Shown here piece by piece: positions 50,316 to 62,676 of a stretch of 64,000 nt of DNA. Position 1 is the stretch's first letter. Every line of letters begins with the position of its first letter. The stretch covers positions 2,266,453 through 2,330,452 of the forward strand of contig ML978122.1 of the NCBI GenBank assembly GCA_010015805.1, given 5' to 3'. This DNA comes from Rhizodiscina lignyota. Lineage: Eukaryota. The notes below the pieces were generated by a model, which was not told the origin of the DNA, did no database searches, and saw only the letters and a list, made by a program, of their open reading frames with translations. A program made the translations under genes and the position numbers.

Positions 50316-50743
50316 GAATGACCAAATCTAGAGCGCACTGGGCCACCATTGCTTTCGAAGGACTCAATCTATCGATCGCAACTGAGGGCTTTATAGTGTA
50401 CAAAATGTCGAGTACCAGGTGTCGATCGGCGACCTTGCTTTCAAATTCCAGGAGTTCTGAGTCACATGCGTGCTAGCATACTAATATATCCGTAACCAAA
50501 AGCGTCTTCGACCGGAGAAATCTCCAACCTCATCATTACCTGACCAGAGCACGTCCTTACACGTGTATCCCTTCTTCTGGTGGGCCCAATTGATAATGTT
50601 GGAGAGGTGCTGTCCGTGTAATTCCTCATTTCCAATGTTTCTACGACAGGCTTCCTTGGAATTGTCTCCAACGGCGAAATGCCGATTCCGACACCCAGCA
50701 AATTCATAACAACCTGGAACGCCAATTGAACTTATACAATAAT

Positions 50744-51679
50744 TCATCCAAACCAACCAGAATTCAGGCCTTGCGGATGGAACGGATATTGGCCCCAAAT
50801 CAGACCCTGTTCTTGATATCCGCGAGAAATGTAACTCTGTATGGTCCCAGCAACATTGTAGTATTTGACAGGAATCAGACTCTGTTCGAGGAGGTTTGAT
50901 TGTTTGACGAAGTTTGGTTGCTCGACGAAGTGTGGTTGTTCGACGAAGTTTGGTTGTTCGACGAAGTTTGGTTGTTCGACGAAGTGTGGTTGTTCGACGA
51001 AGTTTGGTTGTTCGACGAAGTTTGATTGTTCGACGAAGTGTGGTTGTTCGACGAAGCTTGGTTGTTCAAAGTCTGACTGCTCGACAGGGCTTGATTGCTC
51101 GAGGTTTGGTTCGAGGTTTGGTTGTTCGAGGTTTGATTGTTCGACGTGGCTTGATTGTTCGTCGAGGTCTGATTGTTCGATGGGGCTTGAGTGTTCAAAG
51201 TCTGACTGTTCGACAGGACTTGATTGTTCGAGGTTTGGTTGTTCGAGGTTTGATTGTTCGACGTGGCTTGATTGTTCGTCGAGGTTCAATTGACTTCTAC
51301 TGGAACCAGGCTCAATGCTCAGCGTAGAGCGATTCTGGAATATGCTTTGCTCCACCGAGGAATCCTTTGCATCTGGCATAGGAATAGCTCGTTTTTGTGC
51401 GATGCGGAACAGCGCGTCCGTATCAGAAGTGTCTTGGTCCGGGAAGAGGCCTCTCACTAGGGCGTCGAGGGCGCGATATCGAATGCTGAGAGTCTCCTGG
51501 CTGCCATAGATTCGAGTCTTCCGAGGTAGCGTAGTCTGGCAGAGTATACCAGCCTGTCTACAGGTCGTACAGCTGTCTCTATTGCGTACACACTTCACTC
51601 TTCGTGTCCTGCAATGATCGCAGCTAGCACGCGCTCGTCGCCTTTTCTCATCTGGGACTCTTCTCTGACCGGATGGCAT
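50744..51679 (-). CDS. Truncated Zn(II)2Cys6 protein with expanded EQxN tandem repeats
   Basis: SCDHCRTRRVKCVRNRDSCTTCRQAGILC, coiled dimer segment, repeat block, then an early stop with no middle-homology domain. Confidence 0.7.
   Translation of the reverse strand: MPSGQRRVPDEKRRRARASCDHCRTRRVKCVRNRDSCTTCRQAGILCQTTLPRKTRIYGSQETLSIRYRALDALVRGLFPDQDTSDTDALFRIAQKRAIPMPDAKDSSVEQSIFQNRSTLSIEPGSSRSQLNLDEQSSHVEQSNLEQPNLEQSSPVEQSDFEHSSPIEQSDLDEQSSHVEQSNLEQPNLEPNLEQSSPVEQSDFEQPSFVEQPHFVEQSNFVEQPNFVEQPHFVEQPNFVEQPNFVEQPHFVEQPNFVKQSNLLEQSLIPVKYYNVAGTIQSYISRGYQEQGLIWGQYPFHPQGLNSGWFG
50885..51290. repeat. Coding minisatellite, 15/18-nt units (e.g. TTCGTCGAACAACCAAAC on the minus strand)
   Basis: Over 20 degenerate units encoding FVEQPN/FVEQPH/EQSNL/EQSDF. 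Confidence 0.9.
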
Positions 51680-52658
51680 TGCCGCTGGAAATGCGCTTAG
51701 ACTGGAAGAAAGGAGCGTAGGTGTGCGTGAGCAAATTATGTGGCTGTTCTCGCTCTAAGCAAAGTTGAGGTGGTTAAGAGTGTGACTGACGTCTTTCTTT
51801 ATTGATTGGGATGAATGGACCTCTATATATATTCATGATTCGTATGACAAAACCAGAAAAAATGCGCCCAAGGAAGAAAGGTAACCCTGCAAAGCACAAA
51901 CTTTGGCCCCTTACCCCAGCCACCACCGTAATAACTAACCGCATACAAAATCTGTTTTCGGTTTGGTGAAATTGGCGATGAAACCCCCGTCACAGGTACA
52001 ATGTCTGGGTTACATTTACGCCTAGTCCTCTTCATTCGCACGTGTTGTTCCAGAGATGGCTAATAAGCCACAAAGGAAGAATAGGCCGTCAACTATGAGG
52101 TGTGCCACACTCGGCGGCTTTTCAAATCCACATATGTCCTTGCGAGTAAGCGGTGTCGGGGTTTGAGGCGACCGGCGTGTCATAGGAGAAGATGATATTG
52201 GGGTGGGGCTGGGTAACGAGTGATTGGTTGTTACTGGAGGCAAGTGACTAGTTGTCACATTCAGAAGAGGAAGCTTCCGTTGCCGACCCGGTTGCTATCA
52301 AGAATCAGATGGAAGCAACCAGCCTGCGGCAATGACATACCTTGCCTTGAAGCTGAAGGCGGGACGTCGAAAACGAGGAAGATGTGCTAGTAATCGAGGA
52401 AAGACTCGCTGAGTGTGCCATGGTGCGTATGACTGGACGAAAGGAAGATGTTGGATGACATGAGTAGAGTCTGTATATTTATGCGATCCACAGAGTTCTA
52501 AACTGCTGCAGAGCCGCATGTGAATGTTGGAAAATTTATGCATTGGTTGATGTGCTTTCCTTTGCGAGGCTGCATTTCTGCTATGCAGAAGCGCCGCCAC
52601 AGCGCAAAGAACCAAGCCTTTGGTATACCCAAGCATCATTTCATCGAACATGTTTGCC

Positions 52659-53304
52659 CTATCTGATTCTCTCACTCTCTGCCTCACCTAATTGGACCTC
52701 GCTATCATCGGCCAGCAAAGCAAATACTCTACATTTAACCTTTATCTCCTCCGCGAAGGGCGATAGGCTCCTAAAGAGTATCTCACTGAATTTGAAATAA
52801 AGTTCTCCATCGTCACTCGACTCGATTTTGCCCTCGATCTTGGAAGTACTGAGAAGATTGGCTGTAACTGGCGTCCCGTCCAGACGGCATGGGAGACAGA
52901 TGGCGAAGAGCTGGTTACTACCGGAACTGGCTTGACGGAAAGCTTGACGGAGAGATAGACTGAGATCTTCACCGAGAAAGACCCTTGGAGTCGGGAGCAC
53001 AATCAGGTTATGTTCGGTTGGCTGATGTATGGCGTGACTAGGCCATTCAATTCGTATCCCAGGTTTCGTACGCATCTCGAGCGTTAGCTTTCTGCAGCTT
53101 TTTAGCCTTTTACATGCATGAACAAGGAATGCATTTTCCTTACTCCTGATAAGGCGGAGGTGGTGAAGGAGGTGAAGGAGGTGGAGGTTCGTTGCTGTCT
53201 AGTCTCTTGCACTCTCGGCTTGAAGAAGCTGATGAACCAGAGCTCTTTTCCCCGATAGGCAATCGTACCCTCGACAAGACGCAGGGGGGAGCGAGTGAAT
53301 ACAT
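52659..53304 (-). CDS. Hypothetical protein with PPPPY motif
   Basis: MYSLAPP..NEPPPPSPPSPPPPYQE, intron about 53142-53092 (GTAAGG..CAG) joins in frame to KLTLEMRTKPGIRIEWP... Confidence 0.55.
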
Positions 53305-53558
53305 GGAAAAAGCTGCGAGGCGTAAGGGGCGTAAGAAGGAGGAAGAGTGCGTTTATACGCTGTTCTTTCAACCAAGGGTATTGATAGGGAGCGGTGGGAA
53401 AGCCACCCTCGCCCCCAACCGTGTTCCTCGTTTATAGATGCGATATCATTAATTTGAGCCATGCGTGTGCTAGTGACTTCCTACGATATTAGCTGCGCTC
53501 GCTACGCTAGGAAGGACAGCAGATGGTGAGGGTGACCTTGGCATTAGAGCCTGGCGAG

Positions 53559-53840
53559 ACTATTCTATTTACGATGTGGTCTAACCACACCGAAAGTAGA
53601 ATAGCCTCGGAGATTCAAGCCTCCGTCCATTTGCGATGTGGTCTAACCACACCCAAAGTAGCAACCTCGGGGGGATTGGAACCACCACCCCAGAGGCACT
53701 ATTCCATTTACGATGTGGTTTGACCACACCGAAACTTGAATAGCCTCAGGGGCTTGAACCTGCATCCTAGTGGGGACTATTCCGTTTTCGATGTGGTCTG
53801 ACCACATCAAAAGTAGAAAAGCCTCGGATTCGAACCTATC
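53559..53840. repeat. Four degenerate 62-78 nt direct repeats, each with an internal palindrome GATGTGGT-N3-ACCACA(C/T)C
   Basis: Palindromes start at 53573, 53635, 53712 and 53790; the last is a perfect GATGTGGTC-T-GACCACATC. Confidence 0.85.
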
Positions 53841-53869
53841 TCTTCGGCGAATGCGAACCATTCTCGATA

Positions 53870-55691
53870 ATGGAAAAGCGTGAGGGATTCGTGATAATCC
53901 GAAGGCTAGCATTCGACAAGTTGCGACAACACTGTGAAACCTGCACTCACTTTGATGGGAGCTCACAGTTTCCTGTTGCTATCCTGGATGACAACTTTCT
54001 GGCTGACTATCAGCACTTCACTGACAACACATTGCAGCAGCTAGAAGATATCTTGAACTCATCGCAGAAGTCGCAGCAGCATGAGCCAAATCCAACGAAG
54101 GCACAGCACACTGAACCAGAAGAGGGAGGAGAGAGGGGCGACTCGCGAGAGGTGAGGCGTTTTATGAAAAACTTTCCTGGACCGAACGTTTGGCATGAGA
54201 GACAAAAAGAACTGGAGCTGGATCCTGCGACCGAATACGAAAAGATCGTGCGAAAATTCATCACCGATGTTAGCCATACGCAGGACGCTCAGGAGCAGCA
54301 GCGGCAATCGGGGAATGAACTGGTCTTGCTGGGGCAGAGGCTAGCTCGAGTTACGGCCTCGAGGAATGACGCGTTCGCGTCCTTCAGGGCCTTGCTTTTA
54401 TTGTCATATTGCGCGTTTCTCAAGACAACGGGTGTCACTGACGGAGAGATTGTCCAATTGATTTCCACCAGCGCGGAATTGAAATTTCGCCCGTGGTCTC
54501 TTGTCAGGGGCGCGGAATGTGTGAACCGGTGTATTACTGCTTTGGTTACCGCTGGGTGGACGATCTTCAGGGCAACAGAGCTGTTCCTCATCAGTACGTA
54601 TTTAGAACCTGACCTGGATGGAAGAACTAAGTGCAGTTTAGATTCTCTTTCGCCTTCCGACCTTTCGCGGATCGCGAGCGATGCAAACTATCGATCGCTC
54701 CTTGACCATCTCATCCAGGAGACTAAATCATACAAGGACGGGAATTGGAACTGTCTAAGTCCTAGATATACGATTCCTGGCCTCCTTTGGGAAATGCTTG
54801 CATCAAGTAGTAGGGCGGCCAATTTACCATCGTATGTCATTGCATTTAGTGAATGAGATTGAGCTGACAAGAACTTTCAGGCTTAAGCAAGTATACGCTG
54901 CTTTGGGGTACGGCCGGGAAGTGCCAAGGGAAAGCATTTTCACAGTCCAAGCTGCACAAACTGAGCGTAGCTATGTCTTTATAGATTGTGAGAATACCGA
55001 TATTTACTTGATTGCATGGCTAACATATGCTCCAGATGATTCGATCACCTCCAAGCAGAGAGCGCAGTCAACCCGTCGCATAATGAGAACAGAACAAATG
55101 AACAACAGTGGGTTTGCGACACATGATGTCCGCGCTGCTAAACGACGGAGGATCTGGCAGGCTTCATCAGAGCTAGAACCGGACCCGGTCCCTCTTAGTG
55201 GTACTGGATTGGTGCAGATCAATGGAATTGCGCCACCTCATGGCACCGACGGACGAAATGCGGACGCTGTGGCTTTGGGTGAGAGCTCGAATCTACCGCC
55301 AACCATTAGACAAGGAATGCCTTGGAACGACTCAATCTCTGCGCAAAGCGCTGTGGCATTTGCACAAGGACTTCCTCCCATTGATACACTAACACCGCCG
55401 ACACGTCAATTTGCAACTTTGCCTGGGACCTTTGCGGGGATTACTTCTCATGCAGGACAAGCGTATAGCTCTGGAATAGCTATCCCACCTGCTTCCAAAG
55501 AGACAAACGTTGCACAGCTACAGCTCTCTCATTCACGGCGTCTTCCAGTCTGCGATCTCTTAAATACGACTGAGAAAACAAATGAGCTGGCTATGATCCC
55601 AGAGCAGCCAATCTTCGCCCTCACGGGTTTCATGGATTTTAATCAGGTGGGCTTTGAGCTGGACGACTTCGAGTTCTTAGATCAACTTTGA
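53870..55691 (+). CDS. Hypothetical multi-exon protein
   Basis: Long ORFs 53870-54856 and 54798-55691 with intron-like GTACGT..TAG and GTATGT..CTGAC..CAG junctions; no family recognised. Confidence 0.55.
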
Positions 55692-55735
55692 ATGTACTCG
55701 ACGCTTCCACGACTCACCGATGCTGAACGATTGGT

Positions 55736-56323
55736 TCATGTCGCCGCCCCTGTCTCTTCACCCGGATGAAGTAGGATCGCCATGTAAGGGATTGCCGAAG
55801 GGATGGTTTCAAACCAATGGGGCCCGCCCATCAAAACTGGGGAGCCAAACGGTGTTTCTATTTCGTTGCTGTTGTCATTTCTGATCACGGTATCCCAGAC
55901 ACAGAGCTTAGGCGCTTTCACTGCACTGTCGCGAGTCTGGATAAGCATAAGGATGGCGATTTGGTTGGCCTCGATATGGGCACGGCCTTTTTCATGAGAA
56001 AACACGGTCGGTTTTTCACCCGGCTTTCTCTTCCACGTTTTCCCATCTGTCCTTGTCTCTAACATGAGTTTAATTTCTTTTCCCTTTTAATGTAATTAGC
56101 GATGCTGCTATAGGAGTTGGCTTGTACGTACGTTAGCCTTTATCAATTCCTCGGCTAACTTCCTGAGCGAAGTCGCGCATTCCTCAGTGAGCTTATATTT
56201 GAACAACCACATTTCCTGTTGCTCGGTACGTTGCATGACTTTGTCCTTTAAGAGATGAGCAGTCTCGTCGACCATGCTCTCGAGAGCGGGTGTTGAGGAC
56301 AAAACTTGAACAAATGGCTCCAT
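55736..56323 (-). CDS. Hypothetical protein
   Basis: MEPFVQVLSS...LIKAN, intron (GTACGT..GCTAAT..AAG), GKEIKLMLETR...GAAT* in frame. Confidence 0.55.
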
Positions 56324-56819
56324 GATGGAGGTTGCGGTGGCGAAGGGTAAGACAAGTGTTGAAAGTTTAGAGGGGGGGGGGATATTCACATATTCAAAGC
56401 TAGAAAACATGAAGCGGAATCTTAAAGAGTCCGAGCCCAAATAGAAAAGTTGATCCGACTGTGTGTCGGAAGTGAGGGAGGGCAAGTGTCAGATGATTTA
56501 CAACGTGGCGTAGACTGAATGTGGCGTAGCATGCTGCGGAACTTCCCGTGTGGCTAGTAACCCAAAACACATGCCTTTGTTGGTTGATACATTCAAATCG
56601 ATTCCCATTGTTGAATACAATGGTTGCTTATAAAAGCAACAACATTCCATTTGATCGAGCCACTAATTCCCAGTCCCAGAGGCACTATCTCCGGAATCCA
56701 TGTACCCGGCCAACGTCACCGAAGCAGCTCTCCCACCGTCTCCATTATTCCCTTCCCTGTTGATCGACTGGCTGTTGCTCTGACTGTTGGTCGACTGGAT
56801 GGTGGTCGACGAGCTGTTC

Positions 56820-56965
56820 GGGTGGCTGCTCGACTGGCCGCCCGACTGGCCGCCCGACTGGACGCTTGACTGGACGCTTGACTGGACGCTTGACTGGACG
56901 CTTGACTGGACGCTCGACTGGCCGCTCGGCTGGACGCTCGACTGGCCGCTCGACTGGCCGCTGGT
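56820..56965. repeat. 12-nt tandem repeat (GACTGGACGCTT and variants), possibly coding Ser/Gln-rich QSSV/QSSG on the minus strand
   Basis: Directly visible; lies within minus-strand ORF 56663-56977. Confidence 0.85.
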
Positions 56966-58188
56966 CGACATGATCAAATGATAGCCTAGATGATGTTAGA
57001 TGGTGGGGACAAGTGGGGAGGGAAGTAAACTTGAACAGACTCTTTGAGAAAGACTGCGGTCAATGATATAATACTCGCAGAAGGTTGAGTGAAGAGAGCA
57101 TCGGAGGCGAACAACCGCTATATATATAGACTCTGAGAAATGAATTAATGACTTCCTATCTTCTCTCGCGGCAGAGCAATCACCGCGCTTATGCATACCA
57201 TGGCTTGCGGACATCTCAAAATGCGGCGGATTTTGTGTGAGTGGTAGAATAAGCGTTCGTCCCTGTTCGATAAACGTGTCTTCGACTCTTGCGTGCAGGA
57301 TTGCGCGCGGACGCGAAGTAGAGCATCTGACTGGCAAGGCTGGTCTCGATATTGTGTTCCCTGGTTCATCGCCGCACTACAGTATGCACCCCACGCAACA
57401 GTAGGGGCCTCACAGGAGAGAAATCAGAGAACGATTCAAGTGGGTCTCCTGCGTGTCAGTAGCGTAACATGAAGACGGGGCAATCGACTAGTACATCCCG
57501 CTCGCTCTTTAGCTGATCCTCGAGGCTAGAATATCATCTGAAACATATGCCGCTGCACTCAATTCGAATATAATTGCGGGCATCAGTGATATACGGTTAG
57601 AGCCGGGCGCCTGCGTATGGGGTAAATAAATGAGCTTCTAATATTATCATCGATGTTTGCGTCGCGATAGAGATGTATGCATTGCTCTGATTTGTTGCAC
57701 GCAAAGTTGAATCTGAGCCGCCATGTCTTTTTTGACGCAGATTGGAAATGTAGACGAATACGAGCAGTTGTTGCATAACATTCTTGTGAACGAGGTTGCC
57801 ACCTGAGACATTGGCGGTCAATGTTGGGTGGTGACATTGCGACTTACGGTTTTAAACAGCCAAGACCAGGGCAGAGCTTTTCCTGCTCTCACAGTCATGT
57901 GACCAGCGATTGAGGCCTCGGGAGAGCGTCGGGCTGATGTGCCCCACCAACGACAGGCAGCAGACGTACTTGAATATAACATCTTGAATTTTCGCAACGA
58001 CTCTCCCACATCATTACTACCCGCGACAACCCTGAGACGGCGAGTATCTTCGTCGCAGCAGACGCTCTATTCTCTAGTTGTACATCGCTAACAGTGCTTC
58101 CATGCAGATAATCATTCATCACCTCCAACTTACCTCTTGAGTACGAGCACGAGCCTAATCGCCCCTCGGTGTTTCAACGCATAGCAGC

Positions 58189-58568
58189 ATGAGCGATGCT
58201 GTTAAAATAACTGATGAGGATACTGAAGACAATGAGAAATTGCAGGACATATTCTACGAGAAAGTAGGCATATCTAAATTTCAGTCATGTCCCGGCTAAC
58301 TAGTATTAAGACCGAACGGCGTGGAGAAGTCGGAGCCTGGAATGGCCCGCATCGAGTAACCGTCCGGGGACCGTTCGATACAGCGACAGGTGTTGTTTTA
58401 AAACGTCAAGACAAGGGGTACATTACTGGCCTGAAGATCGTCTCACAGAACAATCACCAGCCTCTCGACTACTACTGGGCGAAGAGTGGGGCAGTTTTGG
58501 TAATTCTTCAACCTTCCGAAGAGTACTGTTGGATTCAAGGGGATGCGGAGGTGAAATACATTACATGA
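58189..58568 (+). CDS. Small hypothetical protein
   Basis: MSDAVKITDED...FYEK, intron 58264-58310 (GTAGGC..GCTAAC..AAG), TERRGEVGAW...VKYIT*. Confidence 0.55.
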
Positions 58569-58906
58569 CGCCTGCATTGCTTTCCTGGATACTGTACGTG
58601 GCCATAATCTTCGAACATACGAAGTGGGGGACCGTGATATACGGAAGTTGAACTGGCTGAGGAAATGATATGGTTAAACCCTCAGTCGGTGCATACGCCA
58701 GAATGATGCCGGCCGCGGCCGCCGAAAGTGTATAGGTTAAGGGGTTTGGCGGGTTGCCTGGCATCATTAACTTTCTCAGATATGTGTTACTTGCACCTTT
58801 AACCTACATTCCACACGACACCGCTTCTGCGGTGGCTCATCTTCACCCCCATTATCAGACTTAACGGCCATATCTAGCTCCCTCTTAAGATATCCTGTAT
58901 GTCTAC

Positions 58907-59404
58907 TTAGTTATATGAACTCATGGTGCGGAAACGCTTACTCTTAAGAAAAGCATGACTGTTCTCCTGCCTTGGGATTTTATCTATTGTCCTTTTCATT
59001 GCAGTACTCTCTGTGAGATTCAATGAAAACCCTTGCATTTCCAGGTACTTCGTCACATTTTGCAGGAGCCAGTCGAATTGATCGCCTGGTACCGTCATTA
59101 ATGTCGAGAAACTAAGCAAGCAAAATATTAAGCTATTAAACTCAAGAGTTTGCAATTTCGACCATCGCGCTTCGCTGGCTTCGGATCCATCAAGCAACTT
59201 TTTCAAGTTAAATGTCATTCGTCGAACTGGACGCGTTTGTTTGAGCTCTTCGATCGCAGCTCTACAGGTCTTCTGCGCGCGCAGTTGAGCCGAGATCGTC
59301 GATAATCTGTGATGTAATGCGTCTTCTTGAGTGTCATCGATATCGGTAAGTTCGAGAAGGCGTCTGCTGATATCATCCAGCTCCTTGTGAATATCGAGCG
59401 CCAT
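58907..59404 (-). CDS. Hypothetical helical protein (probably spliced further 3')
   Basis: 165-aa ORF with coiled-coil-like N-terminus; donor GTAAGC near 58941. Confidence 0.5.
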   Translation of the reverse strand: MALDIHKELDDISRRLLELTDIDDTQEDALHHRLSTISAQLRAQKTCRAAIEELKQTRPVRRMTFNLKKLLDGSEASEARWSKLQTLEFNSLIFCLLSFSTLMTVPGDQFDWLLQNVTKYLEMQGFSLNLTESTAMKRTIDKIPRQENSHAFLKSKRFRTMSSYN

Positions 59405-59684
59405 AATGATGAGGCAGGTCGTGTTCGGCGGTGGACTCTCTCATTCCAAGTTTGCGAGCTGAAAATCGATCAGCTTCAGTTCATGTACCCAGTCAGCATG
59501 TGACACGTTGCGAAGACGTCTCATCGCAACATTGGTTTTCATGCGCCACCTTTACGAGGCTACTCAAAAAGAAATTGCGCATACGTTGTCGTTAACACTG
59601 AGCATGAATAGCGGTTCGCTGATTCTGAAATCGGTTATATCGACCGCTATAACGATCATGAAGTATTAACGAGCTGTCTGAAAC

Positions 59685-59801
59685 GAAAATGCGATGGACC
59701 AACTTGCGAAGCGAAAACGCGATGGACCAACTTGCGAAGCGAAAACGCGATGGACCAACTTGCGAAGCGAAAACGCGATGGACCAACTTGCGAAGCGAAA
59801 A
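59685..59801. repeat. Four near-perfect tandem 28-nt repeats GAAAACGCGATGGACCAACTTGCGAAGC
   Basis: Copies start at 59685, 59713, 59741 and 59769, with one mismatch in the first; no spacers. Confidence 0.95.
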
Positions 59802-60244
59802 TCAGAGAGAGAATCTTGGCGCGCTCTAACCCCACAGCGCAGCGCCCTGCAGATCCTGCAATGTGGCGTTGCCAATGAATAAGTACTTGCAATTTGCCGC
59901 TCCACTCTTTGCCAAATCCAGAGATCGAAAGACCCGAAAGTCGCCTTCAAACTCGAATTGATCGGAAGGTCGATGATCATCTTTCATTGAATTACTACAC
60001 ATTTATGAGTGGAATATGTCCCTTTAGAATTGAATTTCGTTCAAATAACCTCGTCCTCTTCCGGCTCCGAAAACGCCCCTAGCATGGCATCATTCCGTAG
60101 AGAGTTAGGCGCGGCATGAAATGGCGGCCAGCTAAAGTTCGAGAGTTTTTATACCAGGCCAGTCGTTGAGACGACAGCACTTGCATTCCAGTTGGAAACC
60201 AGTTGGAAACCTACTCATCGCAGTATCTCAGTCTAAACCATCAA

Positions 60245-61255
60245 CTAAGGCTCATCTAGATCTTCAGGTACAGACCATTCACGCTCATATTCTCCCTCAT
60301 TTTCTGAATCCTTACCGTTCGGCTCGTTACTCTTGGAATCACTGCTCTCTAGATCTTCATACTCTGACCATTCGTGCTCATATCTTCCCTCGCTCTCTGG
60401 ATCCACACTATTCACCTCGGAACTCTCGGAATCACCGCTCTCTACGCCTTCCGTGGCCGTATCAGACTGCCAGGCCTCGTCAAGCTTGCCTTCTTCATCA
60501 TAAGTAGCCTTTAAGGCTTTCCTTCCTTTTTCCTCACCGAGCAATCCTAAAATGCCCTCGAACTGGTCATCATCAATATCCTCAACCCCATTTTGCTGAT
60601 ACAACGAACATGCCTCCTTACACCGCCGGAAGACGCAGCCTGTACAAGCGCCACCCCAGAGTAAGGAGTCCTTCGTATCCCCACACGACTTCCGAAAGAC
60701 TTGACGGCAGCTTCGGAATGGATGCTCCTCTGTGCCAGAGCAGTTGTTACAGGGGTCCACATCTCTGGCCCCACGAGCACACTGGCCCAACAAGCCAGAG
60801 AGACGGCCAATACGCGCTCGAGGCTCATTTTCCCTATTTTTCCATAGCTCTTTCGTAATTGGATGCTCTTGGAGGTAGTATGTAGCACCTATACAACTAT
60901 CAGTGTTCAGGAATCATATCGACAACCTAAGGCACCTACCATAATCGCTATCCTTCCAGTCAGGATTACGAACGACGTCCATCAATTCGCCGTTGTCAAC
61001 AAAGACCCTTTGATTCTGCTCGATATGCGACTTGTCTTTGTGTTCACGGAGGCGACGCTGGATTCGAGCCACGCGGCGCCTTGTCCAACGCTTTCTCGCA
61101 CCTAAGATCGCATCCACTAAGTCAGTGATTCTCTCAGAGTGTAGACATCGATAGCATTTACAAGGATTTTCGACAAGAGCTGTCTTGCAAATATCCGGCT
61201 CGAAACGATAAACACCTTGAAAGCGATTCCTGCGTGTGGATGAACGGGTCGCCAT
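60245..61255 (-). CDS. DUF3716-like Cys-cluster protein with acidic repetitive tail
   Basis: An intron (about 60939-60889) joins the ORFs; PCNNC..PFRSC..WGGACTGC....CSL matches my recollection of the DUF3716 pattern; duplicated ESEG.YE.EWS..EDL tail. Confidence 0.65.
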
Positions 61256-62676
61256 AGTGAATTGATTGATTGGTTGGAGGAAGTAGAACAGCGTTAAAGC
61301 TGAAGGCAGCCTTGGATCGGTTGAAGAAAGTGTTGACGGGGCAGAATGGTTGAAGGGCTTCGTAGGATGGGAGGTGAGAGCTTAAGTACGCAGCGCACGC
61401 TATAGTCTAGGAGACTATTGCTGATTCAAGGGCTGCTCGGCCGAGGTGCATGACTGGATCACAGCAAGCCAACGAGGCACTGCGACAATGACTAGGTTAT
61501 TGGTTTTGATTCCCTGGTCCGTTGACTATTTTAACTGCTGGTTGAGTTCGGACAGGAGATTGGGGTTTGCATCAGATACCTCCTCATGTGGACCAGCTCG
61601 CATTCGCTGTCTCTGGGGCCGATGGTGCAGGTTCGGCTGTAGAATCCTAAGCCACAATCATCCGACGAGTCTGCTAACGACGGAATGTGTTATGGGAAAA
61701 GAGCCGTTCATATCCAATCAATCTTCGAGAATGGCTCTACGGCGAGGCACATACGTCGTCTCCTGACCGCCTGAGATCCACCTGCATGAGAGTAGGAATC
61801 ATCCTCCAATTTGCACAGCCTGAGAGAATGATCAAGCTTCCAGTTAATCATGCGATGCGTCAAACTACAGGGAGCTTTTGCGCCTAAAAGAGCCCGTGGA
61901 AATCAGCGGCGCTGCGGACTGGTCCTTACAAGAAGAATATCCGTAATGCTCATTTCGCCCCATGAATCTCTCCGTCTTCTGTGGTCATGAGATGTCTACT
62001 AACAGTTCAGTGGTAACACATCTCTTAGCTCGTCCTCGTGCGAGTGTCTTCACATAACAATCAAACCTACACTTCATGGTGACTAGTTTCAATACGAATC
62101 CGTCGCGCTATCGAAAGTATCGAGGCAGAATCGCCTATGTGGGTTCGATGTTTCATCGGCGCTCCCAACAAAGCATCTTGGTCCGTATAGCCCCTGATCG
62201 AGACGGGGCAGTGTTATGGCAGCGGATGCTATTAGCAAATGAGACTTGAAAGTCAGAGGTAGACATAAGGAGGATGAGCGAGAAAAGCGCCGCCAGAGCT
62301 GTTCTCAACCACCGAGGCCCAATTGATTGGTATCTGGAGGAGAGATTGCGGCGCCACTGATCGAAGGAGCCGGCAACACCGGGCAGCGCTCCAGACGCGT
62401 TATCGTCCTATCGAATACGCCCTCAGAGTGGCATTTATGACAAAGCGCCATATGCGGCACAATTAGGATCCGTCTCACCGATCTGGCAGTGTATATAAAG
62501 GATGACTATTCCAGACTGCTCGTGCTCCTCTCATCGTTCTTGTTCTAACCCATCACCTTCTAAAGTCTTGTCGTAATCCAGCGCAGCGGACTCGGCGTAC
62601 GAATGCAACTTACCATTGTCTAATTCATTTCATCCGCTTATAAAGCAGTGTATGAGCCAATTGGACATCAGAAGCA

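Noticed and set aside
50865..51327. Plus-strand Cys-rich (CSTKFG)n and VVRRSL ORFs as metallothionein or repeat peptide precursor
   Set aside because: They are antisense or alternate frames of the coding minisatellite within the Zn2Cys6 gene; no signal peptide.
53559..53840. CRISPR array or tRNA gene
   Set aside because: Eukaryotic context, degenerate repeats, related rather than unique spacers, no cas genes; no complete cloverleaf could be folded by eye.
56787..56981. (WTLD)n ORF as a peptide precursor
   Set aside because: Alternate reading of a 12-nt tandem repeat; no signal peptide or processing sites.
59685..59801. CRISPR array or the overlapping short ORFs
   Set aside because: Repeats are contiguous with no spacers; the ORFs are by-products of the repeat.
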